Of a DNA stretch of 64,000 nucleotides, positions 1 through 12,900 are shown in pieces (within the stretch, counting starts at the first letter, position 1; each line of letters opens with the position of its first letter). Origin of the DNA: Lytechinus pictus (lineage: Eukaryota); contig NC_087251.1 of the NCBI RefSeq assembly GCF_037042905.1, positions 31,684,001-31,748,000 on the forward strand, given 5' to 3'. The notes under the pieces were generated by a model, which was given only the letters and a program-made list of their open reading frames with translations, had not been told where the DNA came from and did no database searches. A program made the position numbers and the translations under genes.

Positions 1-319
1 CCCCCTATTGGCGAAGGCTGGATCCGCCCCTGAAGGAGATATGATTCCGGTGTCCACACTATGGTTTTATGATTGAAATAATACGTTTGGACTGGTTACA
101 TTGATATGCAGTTGTCCAGTTTGCCTGAAATTCCAAGAGGGTTTTCAAAAATGGCATCTTATCAAATCACTCAATAGTGGTCAGAGTTCTACAATATCTA
201 TCTGGTTAGTATTCCATTTTGTCAACAAATCCACGGTGGATTCTAATTTTTTATCAAAATGGGTGCTGTTACCAACTCATTAAACAATATGATAACTTAT
301 CCCCATGCATTTAAGTGTA

Positions 320-1700
320 GGCACCAAGATTATTTCTCACATGTGGATATTGTATGAACTATGTCAATTTTCAAGTAACAGCTGTCACTTTAGAACCCAT
401 TTTTAAAAGCCAACTTGGATTTTAAGGCAAAATGGATAACTGCATATCATGGTAACCAGTCCCAAAGTATTTTTATTACCATTGAAACCCTAGTGCAGAC
501 ACAAAATTAATATCCCCAAGGTGTATTTGTAATGTTCTATATCCACTTTTAAGTAACAACAGTCATTTAAGACCCCCATTTTTAATGCCATCTTCGATTT
601 TTTGACACACCTGACACCTGACTGTCCTTTCAACTTAACCCAATTTATTACTTGACCCTTTAAACTCTAGCGTAGACACCAAAATCATACCCCCAAGGTG
701 TATTTCTAATAAACTAGGTATACTTTTAAGTATCAACAGTCAATTTACACCCCATTTTTTTTTAGTCATATTGGATTTTTTAACATACAGACAACTGACT
801 GGTCTTGTAACTTACCCTTGTGTAAGACACCAAACTCATATTTCCCAGACAGATATTGAACAAATGTTACTTATAAAGGACATAGTATGTCCTTTATAAG
901 TAACATCAGAACTTTTTTACTCCATTTTTTGGAAGCCAAGACTGTCATTGTAACTTGTCCTAATATATAATTTGACCCTTGAAACCATAGTTGAGACGCC
1001 GAAATCATATCTCACAGGCGGATATAAAATGAGCTATGCCACTTTTACGTATCAGCAGTTAAGTTAGAATCATTTTTTGGAAGCCAATTAACTTAGATTT
1101 TTTGACATACCAAGCCACTGACTGTCCTTGTAACTTGCCCAATGTATTAATTTACCCTGAAACCAGTGGTTTAGATACCAAAATCACATCTCACATGCCG
1201 TTATGAAATGAGCTATGTCCGCTTTAAGTATCAGCTGCCTATTTTTAAGATCAATTTTTTTAATCCATCGCGGATTTTTACACATAATACCAGATCACTG
1301 ACTTTCCTGGTAACTTGTCCCAATGTATTATTTGACCCATTTTACCATGCTATAGACACAAAAATCATATTTCTGGATATTAAGCAAACTATGTCGGTTT
1401 TTTTTTAAGTAGCAACAGCAATTTTAGACTCCATTTTTTGGAAGCCATCTTGGATATTTCACATAATGGACCACTGACTGTCCTTGTAACTTGTCCCAAT
1501 GTCTTATTTAACCATTGAGAACATGGTCTAGACACCAAAATGTCCCAGGCGGATATGAAATGAACTATGTCCATTTTAATTGTCAACAGCCATTTTAAAC
1601 TCCATTTTTAGAATCCATCTTGGATTTTTGGACACACCAGACCACTGGCTGTCCTTTTAACTTGTTCCATATACTACTCCACCCTTAAAACCATTGAATG
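320..1700. repeat. Diverged ~178-bp tandem repeat (about 7-8 units)
   Basis: Recurring tagacaccaaaatcat, ccatttttt..gccatcttggatttt and actgactgtccttgtaactt motifs at roughly 178-bp spacing. Confidence 0.8.
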
Positions 1701-2156
1701 AAAAAAAATTAAAGCCACTTAGATGAATATTGTAGATTTTCAGCCTACGGCAGCCATTTTGGGCACCATCTTGGATTTGCCAGGTACACTGGATGGCTTA
1801 CAATTCACTCTAGCCTGTATCAACAATTTTTGTTTTACCCCCTAGACCATGAAATATGAATCGAAATAGGATTCTAGGGTGGATAATTAGTCAGTTGGAT
1901 CCATTTTCAGTGATGGCGGCCATCTTGGACGCCATCTTAAAAATAACCACTTTCCCGGATGCAGATTTTGGTAGATTTTTAGTATGTTATTCCTGAGGTC
2001 AAATAGTACAAAAACCGTTGAAAAATCAATTATTGCAATTTGTTCCGGGTAAGGGTATTTTAGGTCGTATATTGACCCGTCTTTAAGTCCGGGGTTGGTT
2101 TCCCGGCACAGCCCTTGGCCAAGGCATTTTTATCCGTCTACATTGTTCATCAATAA

Positions 2157-2955
2157 GGCCCCCATTCCACAGAACGGAGACCGTTGAAAGACCACTGAAA
2201 GACTTAAAATTGATGAGGTCTTACAGCGGTCTTCAAGATCACTGAAATTTGTCATCTCTGTGGAATGGCTCAGAAAGACCCCTCAAAGAACTCTGAAAGA
2301 CTGATGGATATTTCTTGTCTTACTGGTCTTAGAGTAGTCTTACACACTCTTAAAAATGTTGGGCAACATACGGTCCACACAACAATTGGTTAAAACTTTA
2401 TCCAATTCTGGGTAGTTTTACACCAATACTGTGTAGTTTTCACCCAAAGCACACATTATTGGTGTAAAACTACCCAGAATTGGATAAAGTTTTAACCAAT
2501 TGTTGTGTGGACCGTATGTTGCCCAACATTTTTAAGAGTGCAGAGATCTTTCAATGGTCTTTCAGAGATCTTTTATGCAACAAGTGATCTTTCAGAATTC
2601 TTTCCATGGACTTTGCCTGGTCTTTCAATGGTCTTTCAATGATCTCTCAGGAGTCTTACAGTGATCTCCGCAAAAATCTTGAGAGACTGCCGAAAGATCA
2701 TTGAAAGACTGCTGAAAGACCGCTGAAAGACCACTGAAAGACCATTTTCTTGTAAGACCGTTGTAAGACTGTTTTAACCGTTTCAAAAAGTTTTGGAGCC
2801 CATGAAGACCACGAAGACCGCTGAAAGATTGGCCAGGACTCGTGTAAGACCTCAAAGACCATTGTAGGTTCATTGAGAGACCTCTGTAAGATCGACCAAA
2901 ATTCATGGTCTTTGAAAGGTCTTTCAGCGGTCTTGCTCTCTGTGGAATGGCCCCT
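2157..2955. mobile_element. MITE with internal gaaagacc/ggtcttt sub-repeats
   Basis: Inverted termini ccattccacaga...gaccgttgaaagacc and ggtctttcagcggtc...tctgtggaatggcccc. Confidence 0.7.
2345..2540. mobile_element. Nested hairpin MITE with CACT termini (EnSpm/CACTA-like)
   Basis: About 84-bp perfect inverted arms CACTCTTAAAAATGTTGGGC.../...GCCCAACATTTTTAAGAGTG; CA on both flanks. Confidence 0.8.
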
Positions 2956-3676
2956 TAAATGAAAATGTTTTACGCATTATTGATACAACGTATGCAAGTC
3001 TTTTTTTTTAAATTCATTTATTATAGAAATTGATCATGTTTGAGTGCGCGTTTGTGTGAGGAGGGAGGGAGGGTGTGTATGTGTGTGTAATAAGGAGGCT
3101 ACACACAGAAAAGGCGCGCTTTAAAATGCACTTTTTGTAGTTCTCACACAGGATATATCATCCGAGTCTATCTTTGTTTTAAGAATTAGGTTTATTCTTA
3201 TATACAAAGACATTTCTATTTTATGTGATAAAGTGTATCGACAGACCTTACAGGTTTCATGAAATTCAAATATTTATAAAATGACATAAAATATATTTTA
3301 TCTAAATTACATATTTTAGAACTATTACTCTACTACTCTTTCAGGCAGAGCAAACTAACTTAGGTCTTCGGTCACTCTTAAGCTCATGATTGAACTCAAA
3401 TATTTATCTTATGGTATCCGAGGAGTAGATAAAGAGTTCATAAATTACATTAAACCTCATGGCAAGGTTGAAACTCGTAAACAAATCTCCTTATCCCCCA
3501 AACCCTATAAACCAACTCAGAGAGCAAACTTGTGTGCTTGCTCATAATCCACGCAACATCTTTGCTATATGCTCACTCTTGACATGAATCCGACGCGGGA
3601 CGGTCAGACCGTCAGAAGGGAAGGCACATACTTTGTCAGAATTTAGTCGATGTCGTCTTGATGAAACTCTCCAACC

Positions 3677-3973
3677 ATGGCAGTTGATCGACTGTACTAC
3701 CTCGCTCTGATCGTCGTCGTCGTCATATCGTCGTCAAACGCCTTCGACGTTAGATCCAACTCAACTCATTTTGGTGTTTCTCTAAATGGAGTTGAACTCA
3801 TACGCCATTCTCCAGAGGACACATTCCTTTATGTTGGGTCTGGACTACCAACATTTGAAGGCCAATTTGGCAATTATGATGTCGATGATTACATTGAAGA
3901 ACGTATCGCTCTAGTCGACTTCGTTGCTGATGGTTTAAACGTTTTCACGTTTAGTCGACAAAATATGTTACAG
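3677..3973 (+). CDS. SQase-like gene exon 1 (signal peptide plus N-terminal domain)
   Basis: MAVDRLYYLALIVVVVISSSNAF...YVGSG...GNYDVDDYIEERIAL resembles the YihQ N-terminus; donor CAG|GTCAGT at 3974. Confidence 0.85.
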
Positions 3974-6900
3974 GTCAGTTAATACAATAACATATTTCCT
4001 TCCTATTTAATTTATTAAAAGTGAGCATTTTAAAGAATGATATATAATAATTATTTCATAACGGATTTTTTTTCTTCTGAGAATGACGACGTTGAAATAA
4101 AGCTTATGTAAACTATAGTCATAATATATCTCAGAGGGAAACCTCAATGGCCCGTATTCTGAAGTTATAGGTTTAACTACAGTGTCAAAGTGTCAAAACT
4201 TTTATTAAGTTTTATAATGTTTTTTATGTTACTGTACTCTTTTCTGATTCATCGATAGTGAAGACAATCATCTATTTATACTGACAATTATGAATGATTT
4301 GAGAGCCAAATGAGCTGAAATATGATGTCTCTACCGTTAGTGATTTATGTAACAAATGGCAATCCATGCATACTTAAACCACAACTTTAAACCTGAGTTT
4401 AAGTTAAACCCGACTTCAGAATATACGGGCCAATGTATGCATTATTTTCTTTTTTATTTCAAAATCATATTGCAAAATTAACGGCACTCTACTTCACTGT
4501 GTATAATGTATATACAGTGCGTCCCAGAAAAAAACGAAACCGAGATTAAGCGATGATTTATCATAACTTAATCACAAATACAATAGACAAATGACCTACC
4601 AATGTAAAGCTTAGAATCTCCTCTTTCATCTGATATTACTTAGATTATTCCTCATTCACGCATAAGTGAGCAAAAACAATTTGAAGAAAGGATACCAAAA
4701 ACTCATTTGGCGGGGGGTATCTGAATTTCAAAAAGAAAATCACATGCCTAAAAAGTTCAATATCTGCTCTTTTATTTGATACATTAATCACAAAAAATGG
4801 TCAAGAAGTAAAAAAGTTATGTTCCCTCGAAACAATGCTTGTATTTCCATAATTTCATGAAATAAACGTGTTTTCACCGGTTTCCCACAGGAGCTATCGC
4901 ATGGTTAACAAAAGACTTAACTTCACAAAAGGGTGATAATTTTTCGTTCTAATGTGTCTGTTTAATTGATTTAGTTGTTAAATGGTCTGTAATAGTTTCC
5001 ATTAATGCATGGCTGATCGTCAACAAAACGGAGTGTCTAGTGAGTTTGAACGCTAGCCTGTAGAACTTCTTCATTTTATGAAATTATTGAAATTCAAGCC
5101 TTATTTCAAATAACCAGAACTTTGTTATTTCTTGACCATTTTCTGTAATTGAGGTATCAAATTAAAGAGCAGATATTGAACTTTTTAGCAATGTGGTTTT
5201 CTTTTTGAAACCCAGATACAGCCCGCCAAATTACTTTTTGGTATCCCCTCTTCAAATTGTTTTTGCTCACTCATGCGTGAATGAGAAATAATCTAAGTAA
5301 TATCAGATGAAAGAGGAGATTCTAAGCTTTACAATGGTAGGTCATTTGTCTATTGTATTTGTGATTAGGTTATGATAAATCATCGCTTAATCTCGGTTTC
5401 GTTTTTTCTGGGACGCACTGTATAGTGACAGATCATGTTTAACTCGATATCTTTGAATACCGAAATGAGGGGAAATGCCGGATCGTTTTGAACATATTTC
5501 TCTTTTCATGCTTTAAACTACATGAAAATATACACTTCGATGATAATGGATCATTAATAGAAGATTTGATAGTAATTTGCTTGATATTTTAATCATATTT
5601 CCATATAGAAATAGATAAATCCAATTTATCGGTCTACAAACGAAACTATGTCTTCCAAATCAAAATGTCTTCTTCATCTGATTCTTCTTTCTTTCTCTCC
5701 CCTTTTCTTCTTGTTTTCCTTCTATTTCTTCCTCTAACGTGTGTGTGTGTGTGGGGGGGGGGGAATAAGTCTGGGATGCAACGATGAATTATGATGTAAT
5801 TTAAAAAGGAAATTACAGAGGTATTGGCAAAAGCCCTTGTTCAAATAACAGTGATGCACGTAATCAAATCATGATTAATTAAAATAAATAAATTAATTAA
5901 TATTTACTTATTTATTTATTAATTTACTTATTTATCTATCTATCTATCTATTTATCTATCATTCATAATATATTTCAGTGTCATAAGTCTCTCCCTCTAA
6001 AATCTATGAACGGGGTCGCCCATTTCACTTTCAAAAATAAAAGTCGGCCTACACTACAATAGATGACCAATGTACCCAACGGAAAAAGAGGATCCTGCTT
6101 AACATTGCCCCATGCACGTATAGCACATTAAATCGCTGAAAGTTATAAATGAAGTTTGATCTTTTAACCTCTGCCCAATTCTCAATCATTGAGTGTTGCT
6201 TAGGCCTTGACCCTTTAAAGGTAAATCGCTGGTATTATTTGGGTTGCGGATATTACTGTTTGTTTCAGAAAGTTCTTGGCCATTATATTTCTCATGCCTC
6301 GACCTTAATAATTGTGTGAATTACTGCAGCAGGACGGCCAATATTTCTCTGATGTGAAAAATAAGAAATGATTAAAATTAGAAAAAAATTGACCTTCATC
6401 GATGATAAGTTTTTATATATAGCCACGATGTGACTTTATGGAGATATATATATATATATATATATAAAATCCCACTTCTGCAAAGGAACCATATAATGTA
6501 TTCGCACCAATGTTTATTTCTTTTCGTGAAACAGTTGCCAAAGTATATGAGATATTATGATGACTGATATTCGGATGCAATGTTTATGTATATTTTGTAG
6601 CTATATAACCATTTAATATTTCGGTGAGAGAGTGGTCACCATAACTATTAAAAACTCAGAAGATGTATGTGGCCACGTTGTTCAAAATAATATTTTCAAC
6701 TTTCTTTGGCAGTTTGGGGGAATAATATAATTTCGAGATGACTGAAAGGATTATACATGTATTGATGATAGAGGGTACGTTGCAGCATAATACTACACAG
6801 CTTCATCCCATGCAATCATTATTTTATTTCGAAAATATACAGAGAATATGCAGCATGAAATCTATCTTCTTATACGGAGGATAAACATGATAAACATACC

Positions 6901-9900
6901 CATTCACAAAACATTATACAATTATCAATGTACACTGTTAGAAAAAACAGAGGATTTTACAGAAGCAAAATTAAAAAACAGATTTTACAGAAAGAAGTAA
7001 CCAAATCATTCTGTAAATTGTTAAAACAGGAAAGATTTTATACAATTTTTATAGAATTTTACAGAACAGGTCTGCTTTAAAAAGGGGGAAAACAGCTATA
7101 TTTACAATAAATTTGTAAGGTTACATACACCAAATATCTATTTTCTGTAATTTTACACAAATGCATGTAATATTACACAGTGCAGTGAGATTACAGGTGT
7201 TCTCGAGACTCTGCTGCATGAATTTTTTTTTAAGGAAGAAATTTTCTAACAGTGTATAGGGGAGATTGGGGTTAGTTGGAACATTTTTGACAAAAATAGC
7301 TGTAAAGTCCAAATAGATTTTATACAAGAAACAATCAATATGTCAGCTTAAAGTATGTATCTAAGGGCTTCAAATGTACCCATAAAATTCTTTAAATGAT
7401 GCTTCGGGCTGAAAATATTTATATCTAAATAAATAGAGTAAAGTTCACAGAGCAAAATGCTGAAAATTTAATCAAAATCTGATTACAAATAGCGAAGTTA
7501 TTGAAATTCTAATATTTTGTGAAAACAGTGATATGCACATCGTCAGGAATATTCATTAGGTGGGCTGATGATGTCATATCCACACCTTCCCTTTTCTTAT
7601 GTTATTACATGAAATCATAAAATTGTTTTATCATTTCATCATGTGTGAATGATATATCCCCCTTATAATGAAATAAGTTGCAGCAATGAATATCTAATGC
7701 ACTTCATCAGTTTTCAATCCGATGTTTTCAGTTTTTAAGGAAACAATTTGAATAAACATAATTTCATATAATAAAATACAAAATTACAAGAGGGGATATG
7801 ACATCATCAATTTGATCATTGAATATTCATAAAGACAAGCCTAAAACTATTTCACCGGATAATGCAAAACTTTAAAATGTCATAGCTTTGTTATTCCTTG
7901 TCCGATTTTGATCAAATTTTCAGTGTTTTGTTTGTCTGTTCAAATCATATTAACCTCAGCCTGGAGTATCCCTTTAACTCTATGATGGTTACTGAAAAAA
8001 TCCACCTTGAACAAGACCCATCTAGTGTGTTCCAACTTACCCCATATACGGGGTAAGTTGGAACATGGTATGGGGTAAGTCGGAACACTCCATGGTTAAT
8101 TCAGAATTATACTAAAACTTCTACATGGTTCTGGCTTATTTGCTTATTTTTTCAAGTTCAAGATATTAAAGGTGTGTATTCTGATTTTTAAAATTTATGT
8201 TTTCTATTACACATGACATAGGCTACAGCCACTCACGCAAGCCGACTGTGTAGTAGAATTCTGTATATTACTTTATGTGCGTTTGATTTTACAAGCAATA
8301 TCATGTACTTCTGCACCAAATTTACATGGCATTAATCAGATAATTATTTAAACAGTGTAGTTTTTTAACTGTAACTCAGTAATAAAATGGATATGACGGA
8401 TGACACTGTACATATGAAATACAAATAGTGGCTTTCATGACAAATGTATGATGCCAAAATCTTATGACTCATTAGGTAGGGGCAAAGTTTGGGGATGATT
8501 ATAGGAAAACACACCTTAACTGTACTTTGAACTATTTATCTATACCATACAATAACAATTTAAGGTCAGAACTGAATGAAGGAAAAGGTTAATTATACTA
8601 AGAAATAATGAACATAGTTGTCAAACATGAGATGAAATGCACCTAGCATGTAAAACAAAAATACATTGGGTAATTAATTTGGCAACTAATTACTAAACAA
8701 TCATATTGCAGTTAAAATTTTAAACCAAAACATTTGCTGTTCCAAATAGCCCCTTCAATTTTGTTCTAACTAACCCCAGAGGCCCATGTGACATTTAAAA
8801 GTTTACAGCACAAAAAAGGGACTTCACCATGGCATATTAATAACCTTATTTTGTAGCTTGGTACAAGTATAAATTTTACCCCAAACTGGCCTACTTGATC
8901 TATAAACTGCTCCAAGATAATAATACATTTCTGAAAGAAAAAAAATACTCGGAAGGTGAAAAAAAAAAATCCTTTCTAACTTCACCAGGCTTGTTGCACA
9001 TGTGTTGTCTGTAATATGGTGGATGGTTGTTGATAATGGCATTAAATTGAGGGCAGTATTATGGGTGTTATAGAAAATTACAATGTTTCAACTTACCCCG
9101 CGTTCCAACTAACCCCAATCTCCTCTATGGTAGCCTATAATCTAGGCGGAGGATGTAGTTATTGTCTTTGCTGTTAAGCTGAACACAAGCGATACGTCTG
9201 ATCTGGCAAAGACTACGCAATGTGGCTGCGTAGTCTTCGCCAGATCAGACGTATCGCTTACGTTCAGCATAACAGCAAAGACAATAACTGCAGCCTCCGC
9301 CTACATTATAGGCTACCCCTATGTAGGCCTATATTGAAAGGTTGGCCGAGTAAAGAAATCAAACTTGCGAAAGATAATAATAATGATAATACTAATAGCT
9401 CGCATTGTTTCTCTGTCAAATAAACACGATCTCATCACTCCTGTTTTGAAAGACCTCCATTGGTTGCCCGAAAGGATCGCATATAGTTTTCAAAATTTTA
9501 CTGTTGGTTTATCATTATCATCAATGGATCCGCACCCGATTACAACAAATCTCTTATTACCCCACTATCAACCTAGTCTGCTGGGCAAACCCTTCACTCG
9601 AGTTAAGGGTCTGAATGTGCAGCCTACTCATGCCTTGTGTACTGAAGGCTCTCTCGATTGGAAGAGCAAGTTTCGTATGTGCTAGTCTTTGCGTGGAGGC
9701 ACACTTGTTAATCAAAGTTCCAATCAGGGTCTGTGCCTGCAGACTACTATCAACCTGCTATCATCCCAATCTAGTCTCTTACATATTCCACTATCTAAAA
9801 AATCCTGGGGCGATCGAGCCTTTGCTCATGCCGGACCAGCCCTGTGGAATTATACCACAGGAGCTGAAGAACTCAAACTCTGCATCATCCTTTAAGGGCA

Positions 9901-12900
9901 ACCTAAAATTGCATTTGTTCACCAGCAGGTACTATGTTTGAATACAGACATTTTTCCTCATTTGTAATTTATCCTTTTTGTACTTCTTAGTTCTCTTTAC
10001 TTTTATGTTTTGCTCTCTTCTAAGCGCCTTGAGCATTTAATCAAAATGGAAAAGACGCTATATAAATCATATATATGTATCTAATTATTATATAGCGCCA
10101 TCTATCTAGGAATATTCTATTCCGATGGTGCCATGAGCCTAATTACATCAGGAGGGCTAAAGATATTTGTTCGACCCAACCCATTCGAAATTTTTCAATT
10201 TGATATTGCTGATTGACAAAAATGTATGAATATGATTCAAAATCTAACACTGATTCTAGAAATGGTAACTACTGAACTTCCTTTGCCCAAATTGGGAAGA
10301 TATATCAATGATTTGGCACTATTTTTTGACTGGCGGAAGAATTGGGGCTATTTTACTGTTTCAGTTGATGAATTTGATCCTATCATAGTTATCTTCATAA
10401 ATGACGATTTATTTTTAAAATGAGCTGGCTACGATACCCTTCTCTGGTCAGATATGGAATGTCAGATATATATCCTATCCAAAGGTAGTAAACATTTGAC
10501 CCTCTAATTTCACATTTATTTTTTATGAATTTTTGTTAAGTGCCATTTTAACACACAAGTCTATGGGGAATGTTTTACGCGCGTGAGACCTATAAGTAAT
10601 ACAGGCGAATTCCCTATAGTGGATGGAATACCTGCCAAAACTCCTCAGAAGCAAACAATTTCTAACTGATATCAATATGTTTAGTCATCAAGTGGTGCAA
10701 AAAATGGATTTAATGGCTTAGCAAGGCTATATCAGGTAAAGTTAGTAGGTATGTGTATGTAAGCCTAGGAATGCATATAGACTGGTCAATGAGAGTCTAG
10801 GCCTCTTTATGTTCTGATTCATCATTGGTTTGTGCTAGTGTATGATCACCTACTTAATGTTAGAAAGACCTTTACAAATTGCTCATGTTAAAATTGTTCT
10901 TTGGAATGGGGTAGAGAGCTAGAGATAGAAATTTCTGAACTTTACTGAAGAGAACTAGAGTGGAAGCTTCAAGAAGGTATTTAGAAAAAGGCACAGAGTA
11001 AGGTAAGGTATATAATAGTGCTCAACTAAGGAGGGAGGGGGGTGGCTGTGTGATCCAATCTTAGTCTAGCCCCCCCCCCCTCTTTATAAGCCATGACATC
11101 TATAAAATTATCTTTCTTTCTCTCTCCTCTTTCTATCTATTTATGTATCTCTTTCTTCTTACATCTGATAGGCAATAGCCCTAGGAAGATTTTGATATAA
11201 TAGTTCAAATGCAAATGTACTAAAGTAATATAATATGTTATTGTTTCCTCATTCAATCTCATGTACTTCTAGTAATTATGTTTGAGGCAGTTCTGGTATC
11301 CTGATATCTACACCAAATTTACATACACCTTTATATTACAAGGAGAATAGGGGCCTATATTGTCATTGCATTCACTGTTGGGCTATATGCAGGAAGGATA
11401 TGTATACATCCATATAGTGAATATAGCATGTATGAGTAGCACATTAAAATGGGTCATTGCATAGAAAATTCATTTTCAATGCATTTCTTTGTGCTAGTGT
11501 AAGTGTACAGATATAAAAGAATAGCAAAGTAGCTATTAAAAAAAATAAAATTCATAGGTCATATAATATAGGTGCCATGAGCCTAATTACATCAGGAGGG
11601 CTAAAGATATTTGTTCGACCCAACCCATTCGAAATTTTTCAATTTGATATTGCTGATTGACAAAAATGTATGAATATGATTCAAAATCTAACACTGATTC
11701 TAGAAATGGTAACTACTGAACTTCCTTTGCCCAAATTGGGAAGATATATCAATGATTTGGCACTATTTTTTGACTGGCGGAAGAATTGGGGCTATTTTAC
11801 TGTTTCAGTTGATGAATTTGATCCTATCATAGTTATCTTCATAAATGACGATTTATTTTTAAAATGAGCTGGCTACGATACCCTTCTCTGGTCAGATATG
11901 GAATGTCAGATATATATCCTATCCAAAGGTAGTAAACATTTGACCCTCTAATTTCACATTTATTTTTTATGAATTTTTGTTAAGTGCCATTTTAACACAC
12001 AAGTCTATGGGGAATGTTTTACGCGCGTGAGACCTATAAGTAATACAGGCGAATTCCCTATAGTGGATGGAATACCTGCCAAAACTCCTCAGAAGCAAAC
12101 AATTTCTAACTGATATCAATATGTTTAGTCATCAAGTGGTGCAAAAAATGGATTTAATGGCTTAGCAAGGCTATATCAGGTAAAGTTAGTAGGTATGTGT
12201 ATGTAAGCCTAGGAATGCATATAGACTGGTCAATGAGAGTCTAGGCCTCTTTATGTTCTGATTCATCATTGGTTTGTGCTAGTGTATGATCACCTACTTA
12301 ATGTTAGAAAGACCTTTACAAATTGCTCATGTTAAAATTGTTCTTTGGAATGGGGTAGAGAGCTAGAGATAGAAATTTCTGAACTTTACTGAAGAGAACT
12401 AGAGTGGAAGCTTCAAGAAGGTATTTAGAAAAAGGCACAGAGTAAGGTAAGGTATATAATAGTGCTCAACTAAGGAGGGAGGGGGGTGGCTGTGTGATCC
12501 AATCTTAGTCTAGCCCCCCCCCCCTCTTTATAAGCCATGACATCTATAAAATTATCTTTCTTTCTCTCTCCTCTTTCTATCTATTTATGTATCTCTTTCT
12601 TCTTACATCTGATAGGCAATAGCCCTAGGAAGATTTTGATATAATAGTTCAAATGCAAATGTACTAAAGTAATATAATATGTTATTGTTTCCTCATTCAA
12701 TCTCATGTACTTCTAGTAATTATGTTTGAGGCAGTTCTGGTATCCTGATATCTACACCAAATTTACATACACCTTTATATTACAAGGAGAATAGGGGCCT
12801 ATATTGTCATTGCATTCACTGTTGGGCTATATGCAGGAAGGATATGTATACATCCATATAGTGAATATAGCATGTATGAGTAGCACATTAAAATGGGTCA

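Noticed and set aside
10226..10423. 65-aa ORF repeated 14 times (MNMIQNLTL...)
   Set aside because: Lies within the terminal module and has no recognisable domain; its recurrence reflects DNA duplication, not conservation.
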